A stretch of 64,000 nt of DNA from Alphaproteobacteria bacterium (GCA_965200785.1 CBDAVA010000003.1:2470205-2534204), one strand, 5' to 3'; shown: positions 1-9,779, counted from the stretch's first letter. Translations and numbers: made by a program. Notes: generated by a model not told the origin, from the sequence alone.

Positions 1-144
1 ATCCGAAAAGCACGCCGCAAACCGGTCCACCAGACCGATCGCCCGGTCCGTCGCCCCCAGCAGCAACGCGCCGGTGTTCGACGTCAGCACACCACCGCCA
101 AAATCAGCTACAACCTCGCGCCCTTTAAGGCGTGCAAAACGCAT
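1..144 (-). mobile_element. IS1380/IS4-like DDE transposase gene, 5' end only (continues beyond window start)
   Basis: Reverse complement of 1-144 begins ATG (142-144) and reads MRFARLKGREVVADFGGGVLTSNTGALLLGATDRAIGLVDRFAACF, a typical IS1380-type transposase N-terminus. The lower-GC stretch at 180-265 is probably the IS terminus. Confidence 0.5.
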
Positions 145-1370
145 CGCTCCCAGACTACACTCTGCCGGCATCGGGGAACCCCTCTGCATATGATCAAGCC
201 TTTGTCGCAAAAGAACTTTCTCATACGCAGAACCCCGATGCACTCAACATTGTGAGAAATCCGGGCTAGGGGGATATCCAGCCGCAGCCCGGCGCCGTAA
301 TCGGCATTGCCGAGATCGCGCACCGCCCCGCCCGGGGTGTCGTCGGCGCCAGAGAAGGTCGCCGACAGCGACAGCGACAGGTCCCACCGGCGGCCGTCCT
401 CCGCCTCCAGCACCCGGATCTTCGCATTCTCGATGGCCAGCAGGGCCCTGCGGTAGTCCGGCCTGTTGGCAAGCGCCGTCTCCACCGCGCTCTCCTCATC
501 GGTCTCTCTCGGCTCGACCTCCAGCCTGTCCGCAAGCCGAAAGCGGGTCCGGCTGTCCACATCCAGAATATCGGCGAGTTTCAGCCGGGCGGCATCCAGC
601 CGGTTCTCCGCGGCAATCAGGTCCAGCTCCCTGCTGGCGATGTCGGCCTCGGTCTGGACAATATCCTGTTGCGCCATGCGGCCGGTGCTGACCAGCGTCT
701 CGTTCACGGCCAGTTGTTCGCGGGCGCGCTCCAGGGACTTCGCGCGGATGTCCACCCGGCGCTCGGCCTGCATGTAATCGCGGTAGCTGCGAATGACCAG
801 GGAGACAATATCCGCGGTCGCCTGTCTGAGGGCGAGGACATTGGTGTCTTCCGTCAGCCGGGCGGTCCGGAGAGCGGCCGTGTCCACGCGGGCGCCCGCT
901 CCGCGCAGGAGCGGCTGCCTGAAGGTGAACCCCAGTTCATTGAAATAACGTTTCCCGGAGAGCGTCTTGCGATTTTCCCCGCCGCTGCGCCAGTCAACAG
1001 CGAATTCGCCGCCCGTGGGGACGCGCAGCGTCACCTTCGAGGAGACTCCCGCCCGGCCGCTCCAGCCGGACATTCGGTCCTCCGATCCGTCGATATAGGG
1101 GCCGACGGTGATATGCGGGCGATACCGGTTCTCCGCCAACCGGAGCGAGAACCGCTGGACTGCCCGGTTGAGCCTCTCATTGAGCAGTCTGCGGTTGCTG
1201 TCGAGCGCCAGAAACACCGCGTCCTTCAGCATAAGGTCGATGGTGGGCGGCGCGCCCCTTCCATTTTCGCCGGCGGGGACATGCGAGGGAGCGAACACTG
1301 CCAGGAGAACAGCCGCACAGACCGCCATCCTCCCGAAAAGCCGTCTCTCGCGCGTGTCGCCGCGGGCCAT
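108..1370 (-). CDS. TolC-like outer membrane efflux protein (outer membrane factor)
   Basis: ORF 108..1604 trimmed to MARGDTRERRLFGRMAVCAAVLLAVFA, which has a signal peptide. Contains tandem TolC-type coiled-coil repeats and the YGAGLRLDIPL C-terminal motif. The odd C-terminal tail (ECIGVLRMRKFFCDKG) suggests the 3' end is altered by the adjacent IS. Confidence 0.8.
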   Translation of the reverse strand: MARGDTRERRLFGRMAVCAAVLLAVFAPSHVPAGENGRGAPPTIDLMLKDAVFLALDSNRRLLNERLNRAVQRFSLRLAENRYRPHITVGPYIDGSEDRMSGWSGRAGVSSKVTLRVPTGGEFAVDWRSGGENRKTLSGKRYFNELGFTFRQPLLRGAGARVDTAALRTARLTEDTNVLALRQATADIVSLVIRSYRDYMQAERRVDIRAKSLERAREQLAVNETLVSTGRMAQQDIVQTEADIASRELDLIAAENRLDAARLKLADILDVDSRTRFRLADRLEVEPRETDEESAVETALANRPDYRRALLAIENAKIRVLEAEDGRRWDLSLSLSATFSGADDTPGGAVRDLGNADYGAGLRLDIPLARISHNVECIGVLRMRKFFCDKGLIICRGVPRCRQSVVWERCVLHALKGARL

Positions 1371-1697
1371 GTATCGTGCACTCCTCAGCCTCCTGTCTGC
1401 GCCCGCCAATGCGAGGCCGGCCGGCGCCGTCAGCCACAGGACAGAAACGGAAACGATACCGTCCTGTTCAATAGCATTATTCCGGACGCCCGGACAACTC
1501 TCCCTCCACAGGACTCCACCGGAGTAGTCCGGAGGGGCCTTTCCCCCCTCTCCCCGTCCTTCTCTCCAACAACGGGGCGGGGGTTCGCTTCCTCCGCCGG
1601 GCAAGGGCCGCGATACCGGGCCGCACGGGGGCGGCGCCCCGAAGCGCCGATTGCGCCCGCCATTGTTGAAAATCGCGACAAAACGCCGCCTTGGCGA

Positions 1698-2546
1698 TTG
1701 ACGCGCGGTCGGGCGCCGTCGCTGCGCTCATGGCCTTCGGCGCATCCGACCTTCGGGCAGACCGTAACAGACGAAGAGTGCGCGGAGGCCTGGGCGGAGA
1801 GCGAAGCGAGCGCCACCTGCACGGATACAATCGCCGAGGCGGACGTCGGAGACGAGTGGTCGATCGAAACCACCTGCACCAGCGATGGCATTACTACCAG
1901 CATGGAGGCGTCTCTGATTATGCGCCATGTGAATCTGCTTATTCAGTGTGACGGCGCACTGTTTGTGGATTACGGCCCTTGCACACCAGAGCCGGACACC
2001 GAGGAAGAATTGGCTGCAATGACCGAACAGTGCGAGGAAGAACTGGAAAGCACTCCGGCGGCGACTTCCTGCACTTCAATCCAAGTAACGGTTGAATGGC
2101 GCGACTCATGCCAGATTGAAGCAACTTGCACCGATGATGAAGGCGCGTCAGTGCCAGCCGCCAAGACAACCCCGCTGAATGAGATAGCAGACCTCAATGT
2201 CTGCAACGGTGTCATTCTACTGACGCCATGCGGCGATGTTGATGAGTTGGATATGGCTGGCAAGTGTATGCATCACTGGGAAAAGAGCAAGGCGAGCGAG
2301 ACCTGTGAATCCACCGGCTTCGAGACGACCGAGGAGTTGGATGACTTTTGCGCGTTCATGGGGCATTGCACAACCGATGACGGTCGCCACAACGATCAAT
2401 CCCACTACGGCATGACTACAGCAGAACTGGAGAGAGCTGTTAACTGCAACGGCCTGATGTCAATTTGCACCGGCGAATGCCCGAAGTTGTATTGGCCGTT
2501 CCCATATGACATCATCGAAGAAGATGAGGAAGAAACTGACAACTGA
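1698..2546 (+). CDS. hypothetical Cys-rich (18 Cys), highly acidic protein; low-GC (~50%) gene
   Basis: Frame of ORF 669..2546 downstream of the TolC antisense region. Recurrent TCT(D/S)D motifs lie on both sides of the first ATG (1902), suggesting a non-ATG start (TTG at 1698). No Sec signal visible. Ends with an EEDEEETDN acidic tail. Followed by a rho-independent terminator. Confidence 0.55.
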   Translation: MTRGRAPSLRSWPSAHPTFGQTVTDEECAEAWAESEASATCTDTIAEADVGDEWSIETTCTSDGITTSMEASLIMRHVNLLIQCDGALFVDYGPCTPEPDTEEELAAMTEQCEEELESTPAATSCTSIQVTVEWRDSCQIEATCTDDEGASVPAAKTTPLNEIADLNVCNGVILLTPCGDVDELDMAGKCMHHWEKSKASETCESTGFETTEELDDFCAFMGHCTTDDGRHNDQSHYGMTTAELERAVNCNGLMSICTGECPKLYWPFPYDIIEEDEEETDN

Positions 2547-2574
2547 TCTGTAAAGGATCAGGACGACTACACAA

Positions 2575-2606
2575 GGAGGGTGCGTTCGCACCCTCCTCTT
2601 TTTTAT
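2575..2606 (+). terminator. rho-independent terminator
   Basis: GGAGGGTG-cgttcg-CACCCTCC hairpin followed by TCTTTTTTAT, directly after the stop of the Cys-rich gene. Confidence 0.8.
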
Positions 2607-2644
2607 CCGAATATATATGGCAGGCGCCGGCCAGAAAAATGATG

Positions 2645-2995
2645 TGCCTCCAGAGGGGCTTCCACTCCCGAAGGGATTCCTCCGCGACTTTCTGCTCCCT
2701 CTCCCTGCAGGGGGAGGGCCGGGGTGAGGGGTCTTCCCCTCCACAAACACCGACCGCGCCAGACGAAACACCGGCCCCCTGACCCCGCCCTCTCCCCCAA
2801 TGGAGGCGAGGGTTTCTTCTGCTGCCGGAGGGGCTGAGGCAGGGCCGCTGCCTCCTCCCTCGCCCCGCAGAGGGAGGGCCGGGGTGAGGGGTCTGGCCCT
2901 CCACAAGCACCGTCCGTGGCAGCTGAAACGCCAGCCCCCTCACCCTGCCCTCTCCCCCAATGGGGGCGAGGGTTTTCCGCTGTCGAAGGGACCGG
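2645..2995. repeat. REP-like palindromic element, two tandem ~150-bp units
   Basis: Two successive units share ...CTCCCTGCAGGGGGAGGGCCGGGGTGAGGGGTC...CCCTCACCC..GCCCTCTCCCCCAATGG(A/G)GGCGAGGGTT. Internal inverted repeats. Translates in several frames as PLPLRGRG-type junk. Confidence 0.7.
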
Positions 2996-3330
2996 CATAT
3001 GTCATGGGCAGTGACGGCAAGATCGGCTTCAACTCATGTCCCACTTTGGCTAACTGAGCAGATGGGGCACAAGCATCGGGTGGGAATTTTCGCCCGGTTT
3101 TGTAAATGGCGGGAAGCATATCGGATATTGTTGTGCGCCTCTCGTCGAAGCCTTTTTATGCAATAAGGCGCCCCTTCAAGTTCCTCTTCGATTCCGCGCC
3201 GGTCTATGTTGAGTGCTGTGGTTTTATCCGTTTCGTGGTCAGGGCCTCGGAGGCGCGCGGCGTTGACCCCGGCGCGGCGGGCGTTCATGGTGGCCGCCAC
3301 GCTTTCATCACCCGGCAATGAGGCCGTTTC

Positions 3331-4146
3331 ATGCGCCTGCTTCTTTCTGTATTCGCGGCCGTTCTGGCGCCGGCGCTTGCCGCCGCCCAGACCGCTGACC
3401 CCGTGGTCGCCAGGGTCGGCGCCGCCGTCGTGCACAAGTCGGAGGTTGACCGGCAGTCCGCCGAGATCGCCGGGCACATGCAGGGCGCGCCGCCGTCGAT
3501 GGTCTTCCAGACCGCGCGCGACCGCGTCGTAGACAACTACCTGTTTTTCGGCGCCGCCGAGGCCCAGGGGTTCGACCAGAGGCCGGAATTCCAGCGGGAG
3601 CTCGACCGGCAGCGCCGCATGCTGCTGGCCCAGTATTACATGATCGACTACCTGCAAGACCGCATCGACGACGAGCGGCTGAAGGCGCTCTATGACGAGA
3701 CCTATCCCGACGGAAAGGGCCAGCTGGAGATCCGGGCCAGCCATATTCTGGTCGCGGACGAAGCGTCTGCGCGCACCATCATCGCCGAACTCGACAAGGG
3801 CGGGGATTTCGCCGCGCTCGCCGAGCAGCATTCCATCGGCCCCAGCAAGTCGCGCGGCGGCGACCTCGGCGCCTTCGGCAAGGGGGCCATGGTGCCGGCG
3901 TTCGAGAAGGCCCTGCTTGCGCTGGAAGCCGGCGCCTACACGGCCGAGCCGGTCGAGACCCGATTCGGCTGGCATGTCATTCTGCTGCACGGGACAGACC
4001 ATCCGCCGGCGCCCGATTTCGCTCAGATGCGCGCCTCGCTCGCGCGCAGTCTGAGCGAACGCCTCCTCCGCGAACATCTGGGCGCCCTGCGCGAAAACGT
4101 GGACATCGAACTCTTCAACGCCGACGGGACGCCTGCATCGCAATGA
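3331..4146 (+). CDS. parvulin-type peptidyl-prolyl cis-trans isomerase (PpiC/SurA-like), secreted
   Basis: Signal peptide MRLLLSVFAAVLAPALAAAQ. PpiC domain with the GWHVI motif. Confidence 0.85.
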   Translation: MRLLLSVFAAVLAPALAAAQTADPVVARVGAAVVHKSEVDRQSAEIAGHMQGAPPSMVFQTARDRVVDNYLFFGAAEAQGFDQRPEFQRELDRQRRMLLAQYYMIDYLQDRIDDERLKALYDETYPDGKGQLEIRASHILVADEASARTIIAELDKGGDFAALAEQHSIGPSKSRGGDLGAFGKGAMVPAFEKALLALEAGAYTAEPVETRFGWHVILLHGTDHPPAPDFAQMRASLARSLSERLLREHLGALRENVDIELFNADGTPASQ

Positions 4147-5366
4147 ACGCCATTTCTCCCCTCGCACCCGAGTGCTTTCCCGACCTGCCGGAAATCGGCG
4201 GAGTCCGCTTCGCCACGGTGGCGGCCGGCATCCGCTACAAGGGCCGCGACGACCTGCTGCTGGCCGAACTCGCGCCGGGGACGGCCGTCGCCGGCACGCT
4301 CACCCGGTCCCTGACAGCGTCGGCGCCCGTGGACTGGTGCCGGGAAGCGCTCAAGAACGGGCGCGCGCGGGCGATTGTGGTCAATTCCGGCAATGCCAAC
4401 GCCTTCACCGGCCGTCTCGGCAAGGCTGCCGTGGAGCACACCGTCCGGGCCGCAGCCGCGGCGCTCGGATGCGCCGAGCGCGAAGTCCTTGTTTCCTCCA
4501 CCGGCGTGATCGGCGAGCCCCTGCCGGCGGAGAGCACGATCGTCCAGAAGCTGCCGGGGCTCGTGCAGGCGCTTGCGCCGGGCGCATGGGATGCAGCCGC
4601 GCGCGCTATCATGACCACCGATACCTTCCCCAAGGGCGCCTCGGCGACCGCCGATATTGGCGGCAAGACGGTGCGGATCGCCGGAATCGCCAAGGGGTCG
4701 GGCATGATCGCGCCCGATATGGCGACCATGCTGGGCTATGTCTTCACCGATGCCGCAGTGCCGCCCGACCTGCTGCAGAAGCTGACCGACCAGGCGGTGG
4801 CGCGCAGCTTCAACGCCATCACTGTGGACGGCGACACCTCGACAAGCGATACGGTGCTGGTCGCCGCAACCGGCGCGGCCGGCAATCCTGCGCCCGATGC
4901 CGCCATGTTGCACGGCTTCGGCGAAGCGCTGGAGGCGGTCTGCCGCGAGCTGGCGCACCAGATCGTTCGCGACGGCGAGGGCGCGACGAAATTCGTCGAG
5001 ATCGCCGTTTCCGGCGCAGCGTCCGACCCGGCCGCGCGGCGCATCGGGCTTGCGGTCGCCAACTCGCCGCTGGTGAAGACAGCCATTGCCGGAGAGGACG
5101 CCAATTGGGGCCGCATCGTCATGGCGGTGGGCAAGGCCGGCGAGCAGGCGGACCGGGACGCGCTCCGCATATCCATCGGCGGCGTCGAGATCACCCGGGG
5201 CGGGCAGGTGGTGCCGGACTATGACGAAGCGCCGGTCGCCCGGCATATGCAGGGCCAGGAAATCAGGATTGCGCTCGATGTTGGCGTCGGCCGCGGCGAG
5301 GCGGTCGTCTGGACCTGCGACCTCACCCACGGCTATATCGACATCAACGGGTCCTACCGTTCTTGA
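4143..5366 (+). CDS. argJ: bifunctional glutamate N-acetyltransferase / amino-acid acetyltransferase ArgJ
   Basis: 407 aa with the ATMLGYVFTDA autoproteolytic site. Start overlaps the ppiC stop (ATGA). Confidence 0.9.
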   Translation: MNAISPLAPECFPDLPEIGGVRFATVAAGIRYKGRDDLLLAELAPGTAVAGTLTRSLTASAPVDWCREALKNGRARAIVVNSGNANAFTGRLGKAAVEHTVRAAAAALGCAEREVLVSSTGVIGEPLPAESTIVQKLPGLVQALAPGAWDAAARAIMTTDTFPKGASATADIGGKTVRIAGIAKGSGMIAPDMATMLGYVFTDAAVPPDLLQKLTDQAVARSFNAITVDGDTSTSDTVLVAATGAAGNPAPDAAMLHGFGEALEAVCRELAHQIVRDGEGATKFVEIAVSGAASDPAARRIGLAVANSPLVKTAIAGEDANWGRIVMAVGKAGEQADRDALRISIGGVEITRGGQVVPDYDEAPVARHMQGQEIRIALDVGVGRGEAVVWTCDLTHGYIDINGSYRS

Positions 5367-5764
5367 GCGGCCTGCTGCTGGTGGCGGCCGCCGCGCTGAC
5401 GGACCGCGACGGGCGTGTGCTGCTGACCGAGCGCCCCGAAGGCAAGACGATGGCCGGGCTGTGGGAGTTCCCCGGCGGCAAGCTCATGCCCGGCGAGACG
5501 CCCGAAGCGGCGCTGCTGCGCGAGCTCAAGGAAGAGCTCGACATCGACACCGAGGCGTCCTGTCTCGCGCCGCTCACATTCGCGAGCCACGCCTATACCG
5601 ACTTCCACCTGCTAATGCCGCTATATGTCTGCCGCGTCTGGCAGGGCGTTCCGCGGCCAAGAGAGGGGCAGCGACTCGCCTGGGTGCGGCCGAACGAAAT
5701 GCAGAGCTGGCCCATGCCGCCGGCGGACCGGCCGCTGATCGCTATGTTGCGGGACCTGCTCTGA
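5363..5764 (+). CDS. mutT: NUDIX hydrolase (8-oxo-dGTP diphosphatase MutT-like)
   Basis: Nudix box GX5EX7REUXEEXGU (GGKLMPGETPEAALLRELKEELDI). Conserved argJ-mutT synteny of alphaproteobacteria. Confidence 0.85.
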   Translation: MSGLLLVAAAALTDRDGRVLLTERPEGKTMAGLWEFPGGKLMPGETPEAALLRELKEELDIDTEASCLAPLTFASHAYTDFHLLMPLYVCRVWQGVPRPREGQRLAWVRPNEMQSWPMPPADRPLIAMLRDLL

Positions 5765-6710
5765 CGATTGCCGCGGAGCCGCCCGCAAGCAGCAGGCGGG
5801 CGGCATCGCAATCAGCGGCGATTTGCGCCTTCAGGGCGTCGAGACCGTCGAAACGGCGCTCCGGACGGATGAAGTCGCGCATTCTCACGCGGAGCGCCCG
5901 CCCGTAGATATCTTGCGAGAAATCGAAGATATGGACCTCGAAGACAAGCTGCGCGCCGTCCACTGTCGGCCGGACGCCGAGATTGGCGACGGCGTCGCGC
6001 CAGACCCAGCCGGACGCCTCTTCCAGGCCTGCGCTGACGGCATAGACGCCATGCGCGGGCACCAGCAGGTCGCCGAGGCCGAGATTGGCGGTCGGGAAAC
6101 CGATGGTGCGCCCGAGCCGCCGCCCGGTCTCGACCGACCCCACGATCTCCCAGGGATGGCCCAGCAGGTGCGCGGCTTCCACGGGGCGGCCGGCGGCCAG
6201 GTGCTCGCGCACCCGCGTCGAGGAGAAACCGATGCCGTCCGGCGCAATCACATCGGGCATCACGGTGACGGCGAAACCGTATTCGCCGCCGAACGCGGCC
6301 AGGTCCTCCGGGCGGCCCGCCCGGCCGCGGCCGAAACGGAAATCGTCGCCGACGACGGCATGAGACACGCCAAGCCCCTCCGCCAGCACCTCGCGGGCAA
6401 AGGCCTGCGGTGAGCGCGCCGCCATCGTCCGGTCGAAATCCAGCACATAGAGCAGATCGAGCCCGAGCGGCTCCAGCTGGTAGATCTTGCCTTGCAGCGA
6501 GGTCAACCGGAACGGCGGGTCGCCGGGGCGGAAATAGCTGCGCGGATGCGGCTCGAAGGTCAACGCCGCCAGCGGGGCGCCGCCGGCAAGCTGCCGGCAG
6601 GCGGCGAGCACCGCCCGGTGGCCGCCATGCACGCCGTCGAAATTGCCGAGCGCCGCCACAGCACCGCGGGCGTCACCGGGCAGTCCGGTGAAATCTCGAA
6701 AGACCCGCAT
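5742..6710 (-). CDS. ribF: bifunctional riboflavin kinase / FMN adenylyltransferase
   Basis: MRVFRDF...GNFDGVHGGHR nucleotidyltransferase motif. C-terminal riboflavin kinase domain (PTANL, GVY). Confidence 0.9.
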   Translation of the reverse strand: MRVFRDFTGLPGDARGAVAALGNFDGVHGGHRAVLAACRQLAGGAPLAALTFEPHPRSYFRPGDPPFRLTSLQGKIYQLEPLGLDLLYVLDFDRTMAARSPQAFAREVLAEGLGVSHAVVGDDFRFGRGRAGRPEDLAAFGGEYGFAVTVMPDVIAPDGIGFSSTRVREHLAAGRPVEAAHLLGHPWEIVGSVETGRRLGRTIGFPTANLGLGDLLVPAHGVYAVSAGLEEASGWVWRDAVANLGVRPTVDGAQLVFEVHIFDFSQDIYGRALRVRMRDFIRPERRFDGLDALKAQIAADCDAARLLLAGGSAAIVRAGPAT

Positions 6711-6887
6711 CCGGCCCCTACCAGCGAAGGAACCGGATACAGGACGCAAGTCCGGAGGGCATGGGCACAGAGCGACGGTAACGGAGGCCTCTTCTATAAC
6801 CGAGCGCCGGCGCGCGGGAAAGCCGGCCCTTCCGAAAAAGGGCCGGCGCAGACGCCCCGCTCCGGCGCCGCGCGTCCGATGGGCGGC

Positions 6888-7538
6888 TCAGCCCAGCTTG
6901 GCCAGCAATTCCGGCGGGATATGCGGAATCGGGTCCGACTTCTGCCAGCAGGGGAGCGCCTCGACCCACGCGATCCAGCCGCGGATATTGGGATAGTCGT
7001 CCAGCGGCAATTTCTGTGCGGCATGAAGGTGCATCGGCGCCGCCACCGCGATATCGGCAATCGTGGCCTGATCGGCGCACAGCCATTCGCGGCCGTCCAG
7101 CGCCGTCTCGAGAATGGAGGCCAGGCCGTGAAAGACCGGCGCGTGGCCGGCAAGCACGGCTTCATCCGGCTTGTCGTCAAGAATCGGCTTGACGACATTC
7201 TCGACCAGATAGACATAGCAGGCGCTGAACCACTTGCTCGCCTCCCAGAGCAGCCAGCGCGTCATATCGGCGCGAATCGCGGGGTCCGCCGGATAGGCGT
7301 CCCGGTTGCCCGTCTTCTCCGCGCCGTAAACCAAAATGGCGTTGGACTCCCACAGCACCAGGCCGCCATCGACGAGGGCCGGCAATTCAGCGTTCGGATT
7401 AATGGCCCGGAATGCGGGCTGCTTGTGGTCGCCGCCGAAATAGTTGAGCAGTTCGCTGTTGTAACCGGCACCGACAAGATCGAGGCCGGCGACCACTTTG
7501 CGGCAATTCACGGTTATCGGATCGTAATAGAGCTTCAT
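6888..7538 (-). CDS. glutathione S-transferase
   Basis: MKLYYDPITVNCRKV... GST N- and C-terminal domains (ESNAIL motif). Confidence 0.85.
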   Translation of the reverse strand: MKLYYDPITVNCRKVVAGLDLVGAGYNSELLNYFGGDHKQPAFRAINPNAELPALVDGGLVLWESNAILVYGAEKTGNRDAYPADPAIRADMTRWLLWEASKWFSACYVYLVENVVKPILDDKPDEAVLAGHAPVFHGLASILETALDGREWLCADQATIADIAVAAPMHLHAAQKLPLDDYPNIRGWIAWVEALPCWQKSDPIPHIPPELLAKLG

Positions 7539-7624
7539 TGCGGTTCCCTCCCGGCTGACATTGCGCGCAACCGTAGCCCCGACCGGACGGCTTGGGTAGG
7601 GCGGGCCGCCCTGGCCGCAGGAAT

Positions 7625-7845
7625 TTCGGGATTGTCCCGGTGTGCAACGAAGGCACGTGCTTCCGGGTTTTTCGGAACCCGCCACCCTGTTGCTCTCCCG
7701 CCGCCGCCCCTGCCGCCACCCCGGCCGGAGTGCAGCGGCGCGCCGGGGTCCATGCTCCGCCGTTTCGGCCCTGCGGAAAGGCCGCAGACAGGGCCTCTCA
7801 GGCCCCTGTCCGCGCTTGCCAGAGGAATGCGGACTTCAAACCGGG
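7625..7845. repeat. MITE-like mosaic repeat, degenerate copy A
   Basis: Shares the modules GTGCAACGAAGGCACGTGC..GGGTTTTTCGGAAC and CACCCCGGCCGGAG..GGGGTCCAT(C/G)CTCCGCCGTTTCGGCCCTGCGGAA with copies at 22.1, 32.0, 41.0, 53.6 and 62.5 kb. Confidence 0.7.
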
Positions 7846-7848
7846 GCG

Positions 7849-8856
7849 CTACAGGAATTTCGGCAAGACCTTTTCAGTAAAGCCGACGAAGGAGCTGTGG
7901 CTGAGCGGGGCGCACATCAGATAGCGCAGGTCGATCTCTTCCCTGAGGCGGGCGATCTGGTCTGCGACCCGGGCCGGCGAACCCCAGATGGCGACATCGT
8001 CCAGATACCGCTCGACCGGATCGACGGCCTTGATGCTGCCGTCGGCCCGGACCTGCTCGGTCGGGTTGGCGACGCCCTTGGACTCGTTCTTATAGGTCGC
8101 GACGATCCAGGCCGCGCCCCGGCGCACGATTTCGGCGGCTTCCGCATCGCTGTCGGCGACCGCAAGCAGCCTTGCGGTCGGAATGTCCTGGTCCGGGGCG
8201 GGATGCCCGGCGTGGTCGCGGGCCGCCCGCCAGGAGGTGCGCATACCGTTCAGGCCCTCGAATGTTGCATGAGGGCCGAGCAGCGGCGTCAGCCCCGCCT
8301 TGCCGGCCCAGAGCGCCGCCTCGGGCGAACCGCAGGCGACCCAGACCGGCGGATGCGGCTTCTGCGCCGGTTTCGGCAGCACCTCGACATTCTCGAACCG
8401 CCAATATGCGCCCTGCCAGTCGAGCCGCTCATTGCGCCAGGCGGCCAGCACAATCTCCACCGCCTCCTGGAAACGCGCCCGGCTCTCCGCGATCGGAATG
8501 CCGAAGGTGCGGAACTCGTCCGGATCGAAGCCCCTGCCGGCACCCCAATTGACGCGCCCATCCGAAAGCTGGTCCAGCAGCGCCACTTCCTCGGCAAGGC
8601 GCAGCGGATGGTAGAAGGGCGCCAGCGACACCGCCGTGCCGATGCGCAGCCTGCTGGTGCGCTCGGCCACCTGCACGCCGAGCATATGGACGGAAGGGCA
8701 GACGCTGTAGTCGGTGAAGTGGTGCTCCGCCAGCCAGACAGCATCATAGCCGGTCTCGTCCATGATGCGCATCCGGTCCATGGCCCGCCGGTACACCTCT
8801 TTCAGGGCGGCGCGGCGGCCGGGCCATGAGAAAAATTGCAACACACCGAATTTCAT
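7849..8856 (-). CDS. LLM-class (luciferase-like) flavin-dependent oxidoreductase
   Basis: MKFGVLQFF... with AEHHF and GTA..LA..YHPLRLAEE motifs of the bacterial luciferase family. Confidence 0.85.
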   Translation of the reverse strand: MKFGVLQFFSWPGRRAALKEVYRRAMDRMRIMDETGYDAVWLAEHHFTDYSVCPSVHMLGVQVAERTSRLRIGTAVSLAPFYHPLRLAEEVALLDQLSDGRVNWGAGRGFDPDEFRTFGIPIAESRARFQEAVEIVLAAWRNERLDWQGAYWRFENVEVLPKPAQKPHPPVWVACGSPEAALWAGKAGLTPLLGPHATFEGLNGMRTSWRAARDHAGHPAPDQDIPTARLLAVADSDAEAAEIVRRGAAWIVATYKNESKGVANPTEQVRADGSIKAVDPVERYLDDVAIWGSPARVADQIARLREEIDLRYLMCAPLSHSSFVGFTEKVLPKFL

Positions 8857-8966
8857 GGGGGCGGGTCCGATCCTTCTTTCGGGCAGGTTCATGCGGAGCG
8901 GTTAACCATGCGGAGGGCCCGGGGCAAGGCACTGCCCGTGCATGCCGCCGCCCGTCCCTTGCGCCT

Positions 8967-9779
8967 TCAGGCGGCCGCGCTTCGCTCCCAGGCCCGCGCG
9001 CCCGGAGGCGGCGGATCGTTCGGCGGGCCGGCGAAGCATTGCGCAATGGCCATCCAGGCCCGCGCAGGCTCGCCGGCAACCTTGAGATCGACGTCTTCGA
9101 TATTGCGGCCCTGGGTGACGACGCGGCAAAAGTCGAGCGCGCTGCCTTCGATGCGGTCCGTCCGGCTCTCCGCGCCCTGCTCCCAGAGCGCGCCGGAAGG
9201 CAGGGTCAGCCGCACATAGGGCATCGGTCCGGGCGGCTCCAGCCCGCGATTGCGGAAGGTCCAGCCGAATGTCCGGCATCCGAGAACGCAGATATTCGCA
9301 AGCCGGTCGAAATGCTCGCGCGGGCTGCGCTTGAGGTCGTAGATGTCCTGGCCGTGGGCCCAGGTCTCCATCTGGCGCGCCGTGGCAAAGGAGCGCACGC
9401 CCATATCGGGGCCGACCCAGGCGACCCGCCGGTCCGGATCGGCCGTCTCCAGCATGCCGCAGAGCCGGTCAAGGCGCTCCCGCCACCGCTCCAGCAGGGC
9501 CGGACCTTCGGGCATGTCCGGCATTTCGCCCTCAACACCGGTCGAGCCGTCGCCGCGCTCCCTCGCGGCCCGGCGCGCCGCAGCGATACGGGCGAAACGC
9601 TCCGGCTCCTCCAGCGAGACCGACGCCATCCAGTCGCCGAAATGCAGATGCTGGATGACGGCGTTGACTGTCCAATCCTTAAAGGGCGTCGGCCGCGCCC
9701 AGTCCCCGTCGTCCAGCGCCGCCAGAAAGGCGTGGAGCGCCGCGCCCTCCTCGCGCAAATCCACTGCCTGCTTCAACAT
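8967..9779 (-). CDS. DinB/maleylpyruvate-isomerase-N-terminal-domain family protein (TIGR03084-like)
   Basis: MLKQAVDLREEG... Fold-family match only. Function unknown. Confidence 0.5.
   Translation of the reverse strand: MLKQAVDLREEGAALHAFLAALDDGDWARPTPFKDWTVNAVIQHLHFGDWMASVSLEEPERFARIAAARRAARERGDGSTGVEGEMPDMPEGPALLERWRERLDRLCGMLETADPDRRVAWVGPDMGVRSFATARQMETWAHGQDIYDLKRSPREHFDRLANICVLGCRTFGWTFRNRGLEPPGPMPYVRLTLPSGALWEQGAESRTDRIEGSALDFCRVVTQGRNIEDVDLKVAGEPARAWMAIAQCFAGPPNDPPPPGARAWERSAAA

Noticed and set aside
3034-4167. 377-aa minus-strand ORF overlapping ppiC
   Set aside because: Antisense to a gene with signal peptide and PpiC motifs. Composition artefactual.
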